Assembly (NCBI RefSeq): GCF_003918875.1
Contig: NW_025766459.1
Coordinates: forward strand, 62,001 to 126,000
Source: Haliotis rubra
Lineage: Eukaryota
Reading direction: 5' to 3'
Length of the DNA stretch: 64,000 nucleotides
Made by a program: the position numbers and the translations under genes. A model generated the notes under the pieces. That model saw nothing but the letters and a program-made list of their open reading frames with translations. It was not told the origin of the DNA and made no database searches. This document shows, piece after piece, positions 61,810 to 64,000 of this stretch (the stretch's first letter is position 1; each line of letters opens with the position of its first letter).

Positions 61810-62773
61810 AATTTGGTGATAACTGTACTGTGTTTGACGAATTGGGGGCGTATACCGGTGGTTATATAGCCGCAAAGTTAGTTATATCGGTTTGCTTTTA
61901 TTTCTATCGGTTCCAGGCATTATCGACCGATACTTAAAGTAAAAGCTAACATCAAATGGTGTTTAAGACTTTCAGATGACTTAAACTTCAGCAGTGTTTA
62001 ATTATTTTCCTTGTCCATTTTGAAATACGTAATTCCATTACTTTTCGTGGCCAGTTAATTCTTCCACAAAATACGTCCACATATCATCAAAAAAACATAC
62101 ACATTAATCATGTATTTAAAGTAGGGCTTCCAGTAATTCTTTTCGGCATTCATATCTTCCGTATGCCCCATTTTTTTATTCGTGAAATAAAAGAAAGTTT
62201 CAACGAAGCTGTGGGAATTAATGCCCTGATGTGATCGAGTCTCTTTGCACACAAAACAGTTCAGGTTTCTCCATAATATACATTCACTGAAATAATGTTT
62301 CAATGGGAAAGCGACCAGACGTATATCAAATCAATAAAAATGAAGATTACTAAATAGAGATAAGTGATCTATATTTGAAGATTTCACACGAAACACGTAA
62401 AACATTCCCGATGACCTAATATATAGATATACGCCAGAACACATTTGTAACGCGAATGTACAGAGACACTGTTCAAGAACACCTGTTTTATTCCTGGCAG
62501 TTATATCATTTACAAGTGAAAATAAGTACTGCATTTTGAACAAAACATCAATCAAGTGATACTGTTAATAATTAATGCAACCCTCTTCTTTCATCAGTAA
62601 TAGCAGTAATTACTTTCATAAAGTAACAACACACTTTAAATGCTATGAATGAACAATATTTCATATGCAGATAAAATACAAGTTTATAATTGGAATGCCG
62701 CGACATGTATGTCTTTTTACTGTACTGCAATCTGCCTGTCCATCATTCTAGATTTAGGTCAAAATTGCAGCTG

Positions 62774-64000
62774 ATGAACCGTCGTAAAGTAAGTAAAGAA
62801 AAGTATCTCCAATCAACTTTTGATCATGCAAGTTTCTCTTGTCAGACAAGGGTGTTATCGTTTTCAAAGGCATCAAGAATTCCTAAAAAAAATTCCTAAA
62901 AACAACATGTTTGATACATTGCACAATAAATACGATGGAACAAAATGTGGTCACAACACCGTTTTACCGGAAACAGAGGAAAACCGTCTGGCCGACTGGG
63001 TGCTGGACATGTCAAGAATCGGGTACCAGGGTAGAACTTTTGACTACTGTGAAAAGCATTCTGGACGTGGATAATCGTGTCAATCCGTTTAAAAACAATA
63101 AACCAGGAAATGATTGGTTTTATGGCTTCTTAAAGCGACATCCCAGCATTTCAGTCAGGACACCGCTTCAATTGGGGAAGGAGCGGGCTATCGTAACATT
63201 GTCGGCTGGCATCAAAATGTCCTTGATTATGTAAACAATCATGTACAGGACCCCACTGTCATGCTTGATCCGTCTCGAATATATAACGCAGATGAATCGG
63301 GGTTTCCTCTCTGCCCGAGGAGTGGGAAAGTATTATCTGTGAGGGGTACACCTATTGTCTATCAGTTTGGTTCAAGTGACAAGACCCAAATCACTGTCAT
63401 GGCTTGTATGAGTGCCAGTGGGCATTATATTCCCCCTATGTTGGTATTCCCTGGCAAGCGGTTTGCTTACAATGTCTTGGAGGGTTTTGAGGGAGCTGCG
63501 ATGGGACGATCGGACAATGGTTGGATGGACGGTGTACTCTTTGTTGACTGGTTGAGGGATGTGTTCAGTCCTTCAGTCAAGCATAAAGGAGTACAATTTC
63601 CTGTCCTGTTGTTTGTTGATGGACAGAAATGTGCAAAAAGAATGATGTAATTCTTTACTGTTTGTAAGAACATGCATCTCACTTGATGCAACCTTTGGAC
63701 CTTCGCCTATTCAGCTCGCTCAAAGAGAATTGGAAGCAAGCCGTTCGTCAGTATCAGATGGAACATGTTGGGGATTTCGTTACCAAGCAAACTTTTGCCC
63801 GAGTTTTTAAATCTGCATGAGTGAAATCAACAACTGTTGCCATTGCCATTCATGGCTTCAGAGATGCAGGTCTTTTCCTCCTGAATGAAGACGTAGTCCT
63901 GAATACACATAAGTTGATCCCCAGCACCATATTCTGTTCCGATAAACCGGAAAGTTCTCATCGTTCTCTGCCAGTAACAGATTCATTCCTCAAGCCTCTA
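62774..64000 (+). pseudogene. pogo/Tigger-superfamily (HTH_psq + CENP-B HTH + DDE_1) transposase pseudogene
   Basis: EENRLADW, PGNDWFYGFLKRHP, IYNADESGF, ITVMACMSASG...PP, GWMD, LLFVDG and H..QPLD motifs spread across several frames, with deletions and stops. Confidence 0.9.

Overview
This is eukaryotic, repeat-rich animal DNA, most consistent with a mollusc (gastropod/abalone-like; inferred from SINE types and gene content). Most ORF-track entries are noise from tandem repeats. Reading GT-AG splice sites by hand recovers five host genes: (1) a 4-exon PIERCE1/C9orf116 ciliary microtubule-inner-protein gene (375-5170, +) that the ORF track misses; (2) a 15-exon Slob/PXK-family pseudokinase (22712-35673, +) with an N-terminal transmembrane anchor instead of a PX domain and a C-terminal proline-rich/WH2 tail; (3) an intronless class-A peptide-receptor-like GPCR (44709-47524, +) whose ectodomain is a 36-bp coding minisatellite of about 42 copies of SGGNGTDG(A/T)HRL, each with an N-glycosylation sequon; (4) a 2-exon secreted 10-Cys colipase/prokineticin-fold peptide with an internal GRR processing site (50718-51624, +); (5) the 3' part of an F-type-lectin + PAN/apple gene (55023-57628, -). 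The rest is mobile DNA and repeats: a defective Tc1 element, pogo and intron-containing MULE transposase relics, foldback/MITE elements with TSDs, at least four tRNA-like/SINE families, L2/CR1/R4-Dong LINE fragments, Penelope-type minimal hammerhead ribozyme motifs, hairpin-ended Crypton-like elements, and about 14 minisatellite arrays. Four single-base frameshifts fall in short G/C runs, which points to consensus errors rather than true pseudogenes. The most interesting candidate system is the VNTR-ectodomain GPCR beside the processed colipase-fold peptide gene, which has an E-box-rich minisatellite upstream.
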